Source of the DNA: Octopus bimaculoides
Lineage: Eukaryota
Reading direction: 5' to 3'
Assembly: GCF_001194135.2 (NCBI RefSeq)
Contig: NC_068987.1
Coordinates: forward strand, 55,861,587 to 55,898,514
Length of the DNA: 36,928 nucleotides
Both the position numbers and the translations under genes were made by a program. Positions within the stretch are counted from its first letter, which is position 1. The number at the start of each line of letters is the position of its first letter. Shown here piece by piece: positions 11,180 to 23,583 of this stretch. Below the pieces are notes generated by a model. The model made no database searches. It was given only the letters and a program-made list of their open reading frames with translations, and had not been told where the DNA came from.

Positions 11180-13135
11180 ATTACAATGTTCTTATAAATG
11201 ACAACATTTAGACTCTTTCTCGTCCAACTCCTTATCTTATAGTCATATACATTGATATGCCTGAAGCAAAGAAAATGTTCCTTTCATTTTATTTAAAGTG
11301 TGCACACTGGTTCAGATGAAGACTCAAAGCGATTATGCGGGACAAATATAAGTTAATATCTTTAGTTAGAGTCCATATGAGTCTCCAAAATAGCAGATCC
11401 ATTTTCCAATATTGTATGGTGTTTATACTGAAGGGAATTAATGGCATAATTACCTATCAGGACGACATAATCATCTTTGCTGGAGCCGATAATAAATGCA
11501 GTTATTACTTGACTGGAAGGAACCAATGTATTAATGTATCTAAGCAAATGCATTAATCTTCAGTTTGCATAGATTTCTTCACAAGGAATGTTACAAAGGA
11601 TGGGATTAAAGCATCATATAGACTTATAGATAAAATACAATGGATTACTGCTTCTAAATCTAAAGAAAGAATTAATAAATACTTGAGGTTGATAAAGTAT
11701 TTTCACCAGTTTAGACCAAAATTTGCAGACATAGTTGAACTTCTTATTGTAAAAAAAAAGAGACGTCTTTATTCGAGGAACGCACCAACAACATGGCGTC
11801 AAGTAAACAAAAGAACTTACACAATGTCCTGCTTTGGCAATAATGTCCACTAAATGTGAAATAACTCACACAGTTAAAGATTCTGGATTCACTGTGGCAG
11901 GAATAATGTCTCGAAATGGAAAGACCACGGCATAATTTAATAACATTCTTGATAGTTCGCGGTGAAACTGGAGCAATAATTAAAACGAGGTTTATCTGGT
12001 AGTATGGGGAGACGAAACATTAAGTCATTTTTATTGGGGAGACCTTTCATACTGGAAACTGATTATCGGCTCTTGCAATTCCGTTTTTGTTTTCTTGTCT
12101 TTGGATTTGTTTTTGTTTTTTGGGGTGTTTTATTTTTTTCATATTTGACATTTCCAGATGGCAGCCCTCCTCGTGTTATCTCTTTATTATTTCCAAATCA
12201 TTCGCATACCTGGTAAAACAATCAGTTATGTTAGCGCTCTAGACAGAATAAAAGTTCTATACTAATCAGCTTGACCCAATGTTCTGTTCTCTACCAAGGT
12301 TTTATATTTTGACGTAATTACGAATTAATTTTTCCTGATGTTCAGACATTTCAAAGCTTCAGAGAACATTGAAATATATGTAAATCTTGCGTTCGCTTAA
12401 AATAATCTTATCATTGCAGAAAGATTGCCCTTCTAGAAAGACAATAACCAGATATTCTTCTGAATGACTATAAAGAATAATCAGATCTTTAATTAATTAA
12501 GGCTCTTTATTCCTGAACCTTATCGCGTAAAAGTGCTTTCCAAAGATCACGATGCGTGCATGGGTACGCAGAACGCATAGGGTTTGTGAAAACGTAAGTG
12601 TTTGTGAAGGTAAGGGTTTGTGAAAGATTAATCTAGATAAAGATATTGAATAAATTTCTCATAACTTTGTGTAATATTCTAAAATCAGATGTAAATACGT
12701 CTTCGTTAAATATTTTATCCAAATTTCAGCCTTAGAAAAGCTTACATATCATGGGAATGCATTAATTAAAGTTAAAGCAAGTACTACTTGGACTCAATCT
12801 TTTTATTATGACACGTAAAGAAACGTCTGTTCTCCATTTTCTTTTCTGTACTGGACTGGATATTTTAATGACCGGAATTGTAGACAATAAGTCAGAATTC
12901 ATTCAATTAAAGAATTAGCTAAACTTACATTGTTGAAAGAAAATAGTAAGTTACACCTACCTAGAGTCAAAATCTAATAGTGCAACCGACAGACAAGAAG
13001 TGCAGTGCAGACAATCACATTTACATTAAAAGATTACAGTCCATCAACTGAACATTTTTGTTGAGTATTTATTAATTGTTCTTTTAGCCATCATCGAAGA
13101 GCATTTAGCCTAAGTTATCTCTTGCAGACAAATAA
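11180..13135 (+). mobile_element. Ty3/Gypsy LTR-retrotransposon pol remnant (RT, RNase H, integrase), heavily decayed
   Basis: SIFQYCMVFILKGINGIITYQDDIIIF (YxDD), KYFHQFRPKFADIVELL, FLLGRPFILETDY (RNase H), IIRIPGK...ALDRI, and integrase-like VDNKSEF and SKSNS...VQTI, in Gypsy domain order. No LTRs recognised. Confidence 0.8.
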
Positions 13136-13138
13136 GAA

Positions 13139-13140
<2 letters not shown>

Positions 13141-13214
<74 letters not shown>
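13141..13214. repeat. (GTA)n-(CTA)n palindromic trinucleotide tract
   Basis: About 11 GTA units switch to about 14 CTA units, centred on agtact. Confidence 0.95.
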
Positions 13215-13215
<1 letters not shown>

Positions 13216-14418
13216 GTAAACCCTGATTAGGGGTTTAGGCAAATGATTTATTACAAAAGCAATATGACATTTCTGGTATTTTATCTTATCTGTATTGGCT
13301 CAAACATCGCCTGTACTAACCGTCAAGATGGAACAGCTCAGTTAGTATCAGTTGAACAAATAACTTCAAAATATACTTCCCGAAGCACATCCGCTAAATA
13401 TGTCTATAGAAGAAAGTAGCAGCCATTATGAAGCAACTAAATTTGTTCAATTTATGACTATTAAAAATTATAAAGCTGAAGCAAACAAATGTTATCAATA
13501 GGCCTACATTACTAGTTTTTACATTTCCTATAAAGCCACCGATTTATCATTCACGCCTTTCAGTAATGTTTCCAGCAAGTCAACATCAATTTCCCTTACT
13601 ATTACTGCTGGTAATATTCAATCTCCAAAGTCTCCCATACTGCCGATATCACTAAATCATGTTATATCCTCATAGCAACTTAATGAGTTGTGCAACAACA
13701 CTACGTAGGAGTTAGAAAATCTCTAAGGGAATTCAGTAACGAAAGGATATAATGACTAACTGATTTATCTTTTGTGGTTGGAATTATGTTGCATTTATAG
13801 TATTTTAAATAAATACTTATTTTGTTCTCTATTCTATTATTAATATATAAAAGAACGCACAATAAAAGATAGTCGTGAATAAATCTTCTTTGCTGTTTCT
13901 AACAGCAGAACAGTTTCCGTGTACCACTTGGATAAAGTTGATAAACCACCATAAATAGTTAAAGCAAATATCTGGAGATTTGAAATTACTCATGACACTG
14001 GATTCCCTACACCATTCTGTACTGATTATTCTTTGAATTTACTCGGCTAAATTAAATTACGTACTATTGTGAAGTCGTTTAATTATTCCAAACAAGATAT
14101 ATTAGCTTATAACAATTTATAAATGGATACAAAACTTGGACAGAACTAAACTGGTTTGCCTAATTTGCATTAAAAGTGCAGGTGCTGACAAGGTTGAAAA
14201 CTTGACAGTACACTACACAGCGTTTTAGTTAAAGTACAATGTCAGCAGACATGAAAGCTAGCCAATCTGCTATAATCAAACAAAGTGGAAACCTCAGATA
14301 TTTTAACTCACCGTGAGATCTGATATGCATGATGTTTAAATTTCTTCGATCTTTATCAGAGATAAATCCTGCAGAATAACCAGATATTCACACCGAGGCT
14401 AAAATCTATGTGTAGGAA

Positions 14419-14819
14419 TACTCTTTACTCTTTACTCTTTTACTTGTTTCAGTCATTTGACTGCGGCCATGCTGGAGCATCGCCTTTAGTCGAACAAATC
14501 GACCCCAGGACTTATTCTTTGGAAGCCTAGTACTTATTCTAACGGTCTCTTTTGCCGAACCGCTAATTTACGGGGACGTAAGTACACCACCATCGGTTGC
14601 CAAGCGATGGTGGGGTGACAAACACAGACACACAAACACACACATATATATATATATACACATATATACGACGGGCTTCTTTCAGTTTCTGTCTACCCAA
14701 TCCACTCACAAGGCTTTGGTCGGCCCAAGGCTATAGTAGAAGACACTTGCCCACGATGCCACGCAGTGGAACTGAACCCGGAACCATGTGGTTGGTAAGG
14801 AAGCTACTTACAGCCACTC
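14419..14819 (-). mobile_element. Near full-length tRNA-derived SINE, family 1
   Basis: Reverse complement matches 32463-32871 over its length: A-box-like tggctgtaagtag, B-box-like ggttcagttcc, internal TA/TG tract and (gtaaaaga)n tail. Confidence 0.92.
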
Positions 14820-15127
14820 AACTTTATAATACAAAAAATTACCCAAAGCAATACACATATAGTGCACTACATATGTGTGTGTGTGTGTATGTGTGTGTAT
14901 TTTGTGTGTGTGTGTATCTTTGTGTGTTTGTGTGTGTGTGTGTGTATGTACGTCTACGTGTGCGAATGCATGTGTGTGTGCGCGTAAGCGCTTTTGTGCT
15001 TATGTGTGGGAAGGAGAGAGTGAGAGAGAGAAAATCGCAATTTAGATGCATCAAGAAACATAACACCGTGTCTTTTTCTACGGAACTCATATCGAATAAT
15101 AGCATGCAATATACTGGATAAATAAAA

Positions 15128-15340
15128 GGAGGGTGCGAGCTGGCAGAAGTGTTATGGCGCCTGATAAAATACTTAGTTGCATTTCTTCCAAACTTCTGAA
15201 TTCAAATGCTGCGAGCGAGGTTGACTTTGCCTGTCCTCCTTTTGTGGTCGATAAAAAAAGTACCAGTTGATGACTAGGGTCGATGTAATCGACTTACTCA
15301 CTCCCTTAAATTGCTGACTTGTGTCAAAATTTTAAACTAA
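15128..15340 (+). mobile_element. tRNA-derived SINE, family 2
   Basis: gagctggcagaa head, gaattcaaat B-box-like motif, and core gaggttgactttgcc...ggtcgataaaa..gtaccag resembling a conserved central SINE domain (domain name not verified). Confidence 0.75.
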
Positions 15341-15966
15341 TATACTGGATAAAAATATCCTTCATTTGAGAAGCGCTGTACAACAACACTCGAACAATGC
15401 ATCTGACGTATTCCAGACGTTCGAGATATCATAACACTGAACTGTATAATCGTCTTTCGATCACGAATTTTAGAGGCTTAAACCGTACAAGAAACAAAAG
15501 CATGTTTACATTTTGATCCTAAAGTGAGTGTGCGCGCGAATGCGTAGGTTTGTGTGTCTTCGTGTCTGTCGAATTTCTAATCTTTGTGTCTGTATTCTTG
15601 TGTGTGCCTGTCTGTATATACATACATACATACATATCCATCTATATATATATATATATACAGAGATAGAGGGGGAAACGGATCGGCAACTTAAGCAGAA
15701 ATTTATTACAGGTTTGGTTTTTAAGTATGTAATATCTCTATCTTTCTTCAAAATGCACAATGGTACCGCTCAATAGCTGAACTTAGTTGATGTCTGCATT
15801 TGTATTGTTTACAGAGATCTTCGTTTCAATATAAATTCGAGTTACCGTATTAGAGTGCATTAGCGCTTTCATTAGAATGTGAGTGAACAGAAACTATATG
15901 CTTACTTTAATAAATTTAATACACTTCATTTTATAAAGTTTATTCGCAGCACGTTTAAAAAATGCG

Positions 15967-16022
<56 letters not shown>

Positions 16023-16183
16023 NNNNNNNNNNNNNNNNNNNNNNNNNNNNNNNNNNNNNNNNNNNNNNNNNNNNNNNNNNNNNNNNNNNNNNNNNNNNNN
16101 NNNNNNNNNNNNNNNNNNNNNNNNNNNNNNNNNNNNNNNNNNNNNNNNNNNNNNNNNNNNNNNNNNNNNNNNNNNNNNNNNNN

Positions 16184-16246
<63 letters not shown>

Positions 16247-16908
16247 TATACGCACACATATATGGGTAAAAAGGTTAAAATTTTATTGACAATTTTTACC
16301 AGTAAAGCATTTTAAAATAGTTTAATATATTTCATAAAATCTATGCCATAATTTTATAATGAGTTTATATAAGATGTTTTTTAAAAAACTGATGTCTTAA
16401 AATTTCATTGGAAAAATCATTAAAATATTTTAAAGCATTTTAAAAGTTCTATGTAGTGTTCACTAAAATGAGTGCTTTTATTTCACTCTACTTGTATTTT
16501 ATTATAATAATGTGAATCAAGTTGTTTCATCAGAACATACGTCAATGTTTATTAAGGAAGTAGTTAGACCACAGTCAGCCATCACCCGTTGCTATCCAGT
16601 TACTACAAGACTGAAGGCGCCTGAATTCTAAGACAATCCCTAAAGTTTCATTTTTCTTCTTTTTGTGGGAGAGGAATAATTTTACGGGTTAAAATGTCAC
16701 TTTGTGTACTAGCATATACAATATATATATATATAATCCAAGAGAGTTAGGGGTTGAGGATTCAACCCACTAAGGGATAGTATTTATCCAATATACTGCT
16801 GGGAGGGCACCCAATTATTGTTACGCTAGTGTTATACCAAGTGTAATAAGTGGGTGCAGGTAAAAGGGGTTATTTTACCCTAAATTTATATAGCAATAAG
16901 AAAATGGA

Positions 16909-17230
16909 GGAGAATATGAGGTATCCATCGACTTGCAGACAATGTACCCCGTTGATTAATCTGTTTATTTTATAACTAAATTGACAAAAACCACAATATA
17001 CATATACTTATGACATACCATGTCATATTAACAATTAAGGTTACAAATATAAAGAACATGTCCCTTCTTTAATTGCTAAATGTCCTTTATATTTGAAATC
17101 TTAATTGTTAATATGACATGGTATGTCATAAGTATCTGTATATTGTGTTTTTTGTCAATTTAGTTATAAAATAAACCGATTAATCCACGGAACACATTGT
17201 CTGCAAGTCGATGGATACCGCTTATTCTCC
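16909..17230. repeat. 322-bp foldback inverted repeat (MITE-like)
   Basis: Arms 16909-17059 and 17080-17230 (151 bp each) align ungapped with 12 mismatches; 20-nt loop. Confidence 0.95.
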
Positions 17231-17804
17231 ATAAAGAGAGTGCTAGCGCAGAGGAAAAGTTGAAAAAAAAAAGACTGTTCTCAAGATAGAACCTGATACA
17301 GTGCACAGTGAGATATATGTACAGCTGGTGTGAAACACGCAGGAAAAACATACGATGCTGTGGTGTGACGGAAATCGACAGAATCGGGCTGAAGAGAGAG
17401 AAAATAGCGTGAGAAAGGTCAAGAGAGTAAGAAATATGGAAAAGTAGACAGAAAGAGAATTATAGTGCAAGTAACAATGTGAGAAACAAATCCGTTATGA
17501 TGAAAATGCTTATTCACAATAAAAATGAAAATGCAAGTAAATGTAGTAGAGTATGCGCATTATTATATCTATGCATGTTTGTATACATGTGCATGTATCT
17601 ATGTACAACCATATCTGTGCAAGGTAACACTTATCAAGCGACGATGACATTGTGACCTGTTAAATGTGGTGTTACCAGGCGAGTGTGTCTGATTCTTATC
17701 TAACTTTTTTTTTCTTAGTATAAATTTAGTTCCACTAGTTCCTGAAGTTATAAACTATTGCATTAATGCTCAGTGCTCGATTTATCTGTTAAAATGATTC
17801 CACT

Positions 17805-17822
17805 GACGATGATGATGATGAC

Positions 17823-17864
<42 letters not shown>
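17805..17864. repeat. (GAT)n microsatellite
   Basis: Direct reading. Confidence 0.95.
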
Positions 17865-18462
17865 AATTAGTCATTGCGGATTAAAATCCTCCGTCCAACG
17901 TTTATAAATCCATGTATGCGTGTATATGTGAATACGTATATCACACGTGTNNNNNNNNNNNNNNNNNNNNNNNNNNNNNNNNNNNNNNNNNNNNNNNNNN
18001 NNNNNNNNNNNNNNNNNNNNNNNNNNNNNNNNNNNNNNNNNNNNNNNNNNNNNNNNNNNNNNNNNNNNNNNNNNNNNNNNNNNNNNNNNNNNNNNNNNNN
18101 ATATACATGAGAATTTTTTTTTGTCTTGGGAAAGATATTAGCATGTATTTTTCTTTTATTTCGTCGTGTGATTCGTATCTTGATCCATTGGAAACGGTAA
18201 CCAATTATATAAACTGCGTTGCGTTGTTGTTGTGAGTTAGTATCATGTAATAATCATTATTTACTGTCTCGTTTGTTGAAGGTGGTTGACAAAGCCTGTC
18301 GTGAGTTCGATTTGCAGAAACATGACCTGGTGCAAAGCTGATGGGGTATTTTCACATCTGTTTAGTTTGACTTCAATTTTTTTTTCCGCTGATTTAAAGT
18401 TGTTCGTAGTTATCATGTAGACTAATATATCGCTAGTATCAAATCTTTATACTACTATCTGC

Positions 18463-18668
18463 AATATTAGCTTCAAGGCCAGTAATTTCAGGGTAGGAAT
18501 TAAGTCGATTATATGGACCCCAGTATTCAGCTAGTACTTATTTTTATCGGCCCCCAAAAGGATGAAAAGCAAGGTCGACCACGGCGGAATTTGAACACAG
18601 AACGTAAAGACGGATGAAATGTTGCAAAGCATTTTTCCGGAGTGCTAACGATTCTGCCAGCTCACCGA
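18463..18668 (-). mobile_element. tRNA-derived SINE, family 2
   Basis: Reverse complement is homologous to 15128-15340 along its length. Confidence 0.8.
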
Positions 18669-19534
18669 CTTTGCAGCCACCTGCAATATTATGCCAGAGT
18701 TTATATTGGCTGAAATGTGTAGTGTCCAACACACATATTCCCGAATCTCTTATTAAATATCGTATTTGTTGGCATTCAAGTTGACACTGTGAAACGTAGT
18801 GTAAATATTCAAATATTGTCACTATCCTTCCAAATCCTGCTGCAATGCACATGGAATTTTTAGCTCCCTAAAGTCGTCTTGGTTTATCTATCGAGCTACC
18901 TTTTTGGGGTGGGGGCGTAAATCTTGGTCTGAAAAGTTTGAGTTGTCTGCCAGAAAATCTGCTACGCTTGCGTTCGTTTATTTTAACACAGCTGAGCTTT
19001 TGGAGTAATGTGACTTTAACAAAATCACTGAATATCCTAACTTGTTGAAGGTGCATTGGGAGGTTAAGAGAGTAGTTGCGGAATGTAGTGGAAGCAGGGG
19101 AATTGAAGACGACCAAGTGTGAATCACGGAAAATGATAGTGGGGCTTAAACAGCGAACGAGAAATTATATGGAGTTAAGAACATTAAAATGAAATTAATT
19201 AATATATGTTGTGACAGCAAAGAGGAGAACGAGGAGCAGGAGGAAATGGAAGACTTTAAATCATTGAGTAATTTTTTAAAGGATTTTTTGGATTGGGTAT
19301 AAGAAAATGAAAAGATGGTTTTGTGTTATTTTAAATTTAGTTGTTGCGAGTGGCCATATGGAAAGAGAAGTCGTACGAAATATTGGGGTCCGGCTGTTTA
19401 CATGACATGATATTTCTTTTCTCATGAGTGTTCTTTTCACTTCAATATTGTTAAACTCCCATGGTGACTACTTGAGTAGTTGATTAGTTCAAGAAGAGCT
19501 TTAGCAATCGACTACCTGGCGATGGCACTCATCG

Positions 19535-19837
19535 CTTACAACGACGAGTTTTCTAGTTGATCCGATCAACAGAACAGCGTGCTCATGAATTTAAAGTGCA
19601 AGTGGCTGAACACTCCACAAACACGCAAACCCTTAACGTAGTTCTCAAGGATATTCAGCGTGACATAGAATGTAACAAGGCAAACCCTTTGAATTACAGG
19701 TACTACTCATTTCTACCAGCTGAATGAACTGAAGCAACAGGAAATAAGTGTCTTACTTAGACACGACGCGCCGCCGGTATGCGAACTCATGACTTTATGA
19801 TCGTGAGCCGAATACCTTAACTACGTAGCCACGCACC
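19535..19837 (-). mobile_element. tRNA-derived SINE, family 3
   Basis: Reverse complement begins ggtgcgtggctacgtagttaagg...gagttcgcatacc (A/B-box-like); homologous to 20322-20598. Confidence 0.75.
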
Positions 19838-20321
19838 ATCCGTCGACTACCAACCAGATGCAATCCACTGACCCAGTGTTCCATGCATAGCTTATATTAT
19901 GTTTTATGAGGACTGAGAATTGCCCAAAGTAGTGTGGAGATCTAGGCTTTATCAAATCTGTTTTACAAAGCCTGAAAATTCTTCTGATATCTATAGAAGA
20001 TGCGAAGGAAGTGGACTTGGCCAAAGTGTCAAAAATGCAGAACTATAACGAGCTTGTACTTGGACACGGAAACAAATTGGACAAACATGTGCAGGTGTTA
20101 TTTTTCCTTTATAATTTTGTTTCATTTTTTATGTGGCCTGCGATGATCCGAAATATGCAATTTTGTATTCTGTAATTTCTTACATTTGCACGTATAATAG
20201 GAAGAAGGGTGCTGAAATGAATGCTAGAATTGCAGGTTTTGGCACAGGCAAGAGATGCTAGTAAAGAAAATCATACCTGTTGTTTTCAATTCGATTTTCG
20301 TGCATGTCCTCATTTATGGTC

Positions 20322-20598
20322 TCTGATAACGAAACAACCTGCTCGTGAAATTAACATGCAAATGGCGGAGCACTTCACAGAAACGCACATGCTTAACGTA
20401 GTTCTCAGAGAGATTCAGCATAACACAAATGTGGCAAGGCTGGCCATTTGAAATACAGGTACTACTCATTTTTGCCAGCTGAGCGAACAGGAGCAACGTG
20501 AAATAAAGTGTTTTGCTCAAGGACCCAACGCGCCGCCATTAATCGAACTCACGACCTTACGATCAAGAGCTGAGTCTCCTAACCACTAAACTACGCAT
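20322..20598 (-). mobile_element. tRNA-derived SINE, family 3
   Basis: Reverse complement has tagtttagtgg (A box) and gagttcgatt (B box), then ccttgagcaaaacacttta; homologous to 19535-19837. Confidence 0.75.
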
Positions 20599-21308
20599 CT
20601 TGATACCTATGGTCATGAATGGTGAGTTATGATCGGAAGAGTACGATTGCAAATATAATCAAGCAAATTAGGGTTCCTCTGAAGGATCTTTGTAGTAACG
20701 TCACTCGATTGAGTGTGGAACTAGAAGATCAGAGTCTCTGGATCGAGCTAATTCTCCTCTACACAGACCTAGGTGGAAACGAAAAATGAAATGAGTGGAT
20801 AATATCCATAGTCTCAGTTGGTATCTTCGGAATCCAGCCGGAAAGAGTAATGACGGTTTCTTTTTAGGGGATCTCATGAAAGAGGTGCCTGAGAACTCTA
20901 TCCCCACGAACCGCCCATGAGTAGTAGGTGGAGAAAATGGATAGATGGATGTAAATCCTTGCTGTTTGATGTGGAGAGAATGCAGGTAATGACTGGTATG
21001 AAACGAACTGATCTTTTTATTGCTTATATATTAGTGTTGTTGAATTTTTCTGTTGGTCGAAGTTGAGACTTTTTAAAATTACTTTGCATTGCTTTGTTTT
21101 CTCGTTTCTTTGAGATGATGAGTGGGAAGGTCACGGAAATTCTCCGATTGGAAATCTGGTATAACTGCTTGCAAAACAACGAGCCCTGCTAAAGATACAC
21201 AATGACCAGTTGGTGGTGTTGAACCGGGTGGAATGATGAGCATCAACCATCCACACCTCCTACTATAAAAAAGGTGGGGGAAATCTACGCTCAATAGAAA
21301 GATTTGTA

Positions 21309-21727
21309 TTGGGTTGGCAACTAAGTTCCCGCCGTTTTTTTTTTTTAATTTTGGAATTTATTGCGTTTTTAAATTCTGGAATCTAGTTTTTTCGAGAATT
21401 CTATTTTTGAAACAGTTTGGAATCTATCTTTTTTTCTAGTTAATTTTAGTTAATTTTTGTTTATTTTCAGATCATTAAAATGGAATGTCAAGTTAAGAAA
21501 AACGAGCATTTTCGACACCTCCTTTTTGCTTTTAATCAAGGTTCTAAGGCCATAAAAGCTGCTCGCGACATTTGTGCTGTGTATGGAGAGGGTGCCATAG
21601 TTGAAGGAACCGCTCGTGATTGGTATGCCAAGTTAAAAAATGGCACCTCGTTCTGACCGTGTAGTTAAGTTCGATGAAGAGCGATTACGCCAACTTAAAA
21701 ACGGCGAGAACTTAGTTGCCAACCCAA
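21309..21727 (+). mobile_element. Internally deleted mariner element (419 bp) with TIRs and TA target duplication
   Basis: Left ttgggttggcaactaagttcccgccgtttt and the right reverse complement differ at 1 of 30 positions; TA at 21307-21308 and 21728-21729. Confidence 0.92.
21480..21656 (+). pseudogene. Truncated mariner transposase N-terminus (HTH DNA-binding region), 58 aa
   Basis: MECQVKKNEHFRHLLFAFNQGSKAIKAARDICAVYGEGAIVEGTARDWYAKLKNGTSF* matches the Mos1/Hsmar-type HTH (R......F..G......AR.I...YG......T...W...F..G). A shifted frame continues RSDRVVKFDEERLRQL. Confidence 0.85.
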
Positions 21728-21776
21728 TAACATAAACAATAAAGAGAAACTGAAATCGTAGCAGTTTTACTGATGA

Positions 21777-21777
<1 letters not shown>

Positions 21778-21856
<79 letters not shown>
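21778..21856. repeat. (CAG)n-(TAG)n trinucleotide tract
   Basis: Direct reading. Confidence 0.95.
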
Positions 21857-21857
<1 letters not shown>

Positions 21858-22941
21858 GAAATACCTAGTATTTTTATCTTTTGTGTGTGGCATGTTTAAA
21901 TTATTGAATTGTTGATAAGAACAAAAATAGTACTATTTTTAGTTTATATCAATGTAGCCAAGTTACGAGGATTTTTTTAATATATATAAAACCGGAATTA
22001 AGCCGGATTATTTGCATTGTTATGTCTTGGGAGTAATGTTGAGGATATATCTCTAATATCATTTGCATATACATGGCAGTATGTTTCGTTCTTCTGTTTG
22101 GGGCCGTATGATGACAAGCTGTAATTTTGAAATTAACTACGAGAGAACGGATCCTTGCTTTACACTATTTAAAAAATTGCTGATTCTGGATGTGTTAATA
22201 TTGAACTCTACATCGGCTGGATGACCTAAGAAATAATTTGTCAGCCATTATTTTGAGCTGCTATTAATGGTTGGTGTTTTCATCATAAAGACTGAAAATA
22301 AAATATCTATATAGTTGGTTGATTTGCTAGACATAGAGGAAATTTCGTCAAAATACACCCCTCTGTAGAAAAAGGAAACACATAGAAAAATCGAATGTTA
22401 AAAACATTATGGTTACCTTGCTCTTACAATTTGAGTTCGTCCATCTACGTACCATGTGATAAAAGATAAGTTGCTAAGCTGTTGAAGATATTGAAGATAA
22501 ATTTATTTTAAACACCTTATCTACTGAATTCAAATCCATCTAACATTTTTATCTCATTGGAATTAATAAAATGAGTACCGGTCAAATTCATATATACCCA
22601 ATACTATCAAATTTGTGGTCTTTTATCAAAATTAGCCAACATTACTTGAGATAATATCGTTGTTGTTTCGCTGAAGGTCATAGCTGAGTGAATAGACCAA
22701 CGGATTAAAGACATTCTGGCTGCGGGCAATAACACAACCTGTCCATCGTTTGGATATAGCGTATCGAGGATTACACAGACCAATGTATTTCTCCTTTTCT
22801 AATACGGTAAAGTGTAATTTTGGGCAACATTAGGCTCCTATTTCTTGGTGTCTGAGCCGTCAAGTTAAGGGCCCTCCACGCTGTTGAGTGTATAGTAACG
22901 TTATTCCTGTTCTTTCCTTTTTTCATTCCTCTGAAATTAAA

Positions 22942-22988
22942 ATTCAGTCGTCTGCAAAATCATTCAGTCGTCTGCAAAATCATTCAGT
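22942..22988. repeat. 20-bp tandem duplication (attcagtcgtctgcaaaatc x2.3)
   Basis: Two perfect units plus attcagt. Confidence 0.95.
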
Positions 22989-23448
22989 TCTCGTTTGCTC
23001 TTAGTTTTATTCTAGGATTGTAAAATAATAAAGCATTCTCTAATCCCATATGACAGCCAATTTTCTTAAAATACTCTACTATATCTCGTTTTGGGTCTAA
23101 TTTTCGGGCAGTAAAGGGTATGTCAAGTCAACCCGATCTACAATCAAGCAAAAGACTTCTGAAAAGTAACCACTGAGAATGGCAAATCTTAACCCTCCTA
23201 AGTGTGGTATTCTATATTTTTGTCTGTGTGGGTATATGCGAGAAAATATAGGAAGAGAATGTATGAGGTGAGAGAAGGACAGAATGTATGTGTGTGAGAG
23301 AGTGAGAAAGAAAAAGAAATAGAAGAAACAGACAGAGAAAGAGAATGAGAAACAAAGAAAGAAAAGAGAGAAAGAGAAATAGTGAGTTAGAGAGAGTGAG
23401 AGTCTATAGTCTCGTTTGATTACTCTTCTTGGTAACTTACTGACTTAG

Positions 23449-23583
23449 GTGACTCTACCAGGAGACGAATCACTCGCCGATATTACTTTCAGAATCTGTG
23501 AAAAACACGCAAACGAATTCATTCAGGTTAAGACCGACTGTAAACACAGACACACACGGGAGACGCTGGTTCTTTCAGTTAAG
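23449..23583 (+). CDS. Candidate 135-nt phase 0/0 exon of unknown product
   Basis: ctgacttag|G acceptor, AAG|gtaggt donor, open frame VTLPGDESLADITFRICEKHANEFIQVKTDCKHRHTRETLVLSVK; locally GC/CpG-richer. No homology recognised. Confidence 0.25.

Noticed and set aside
16747-16880. Two small hairpins upstream of the foldback
   Set aside because: Stems of only 7-11 bp, with no Helitron-type CTRR end or other supporting context.
22010-22068. Two ATTTGCAT octamer motifs 51 bp apart
   Set aside because: A few such AT-rich 8-mers are expected by chance in this window, and there is no nearby snRNA gene or promoter evidence.
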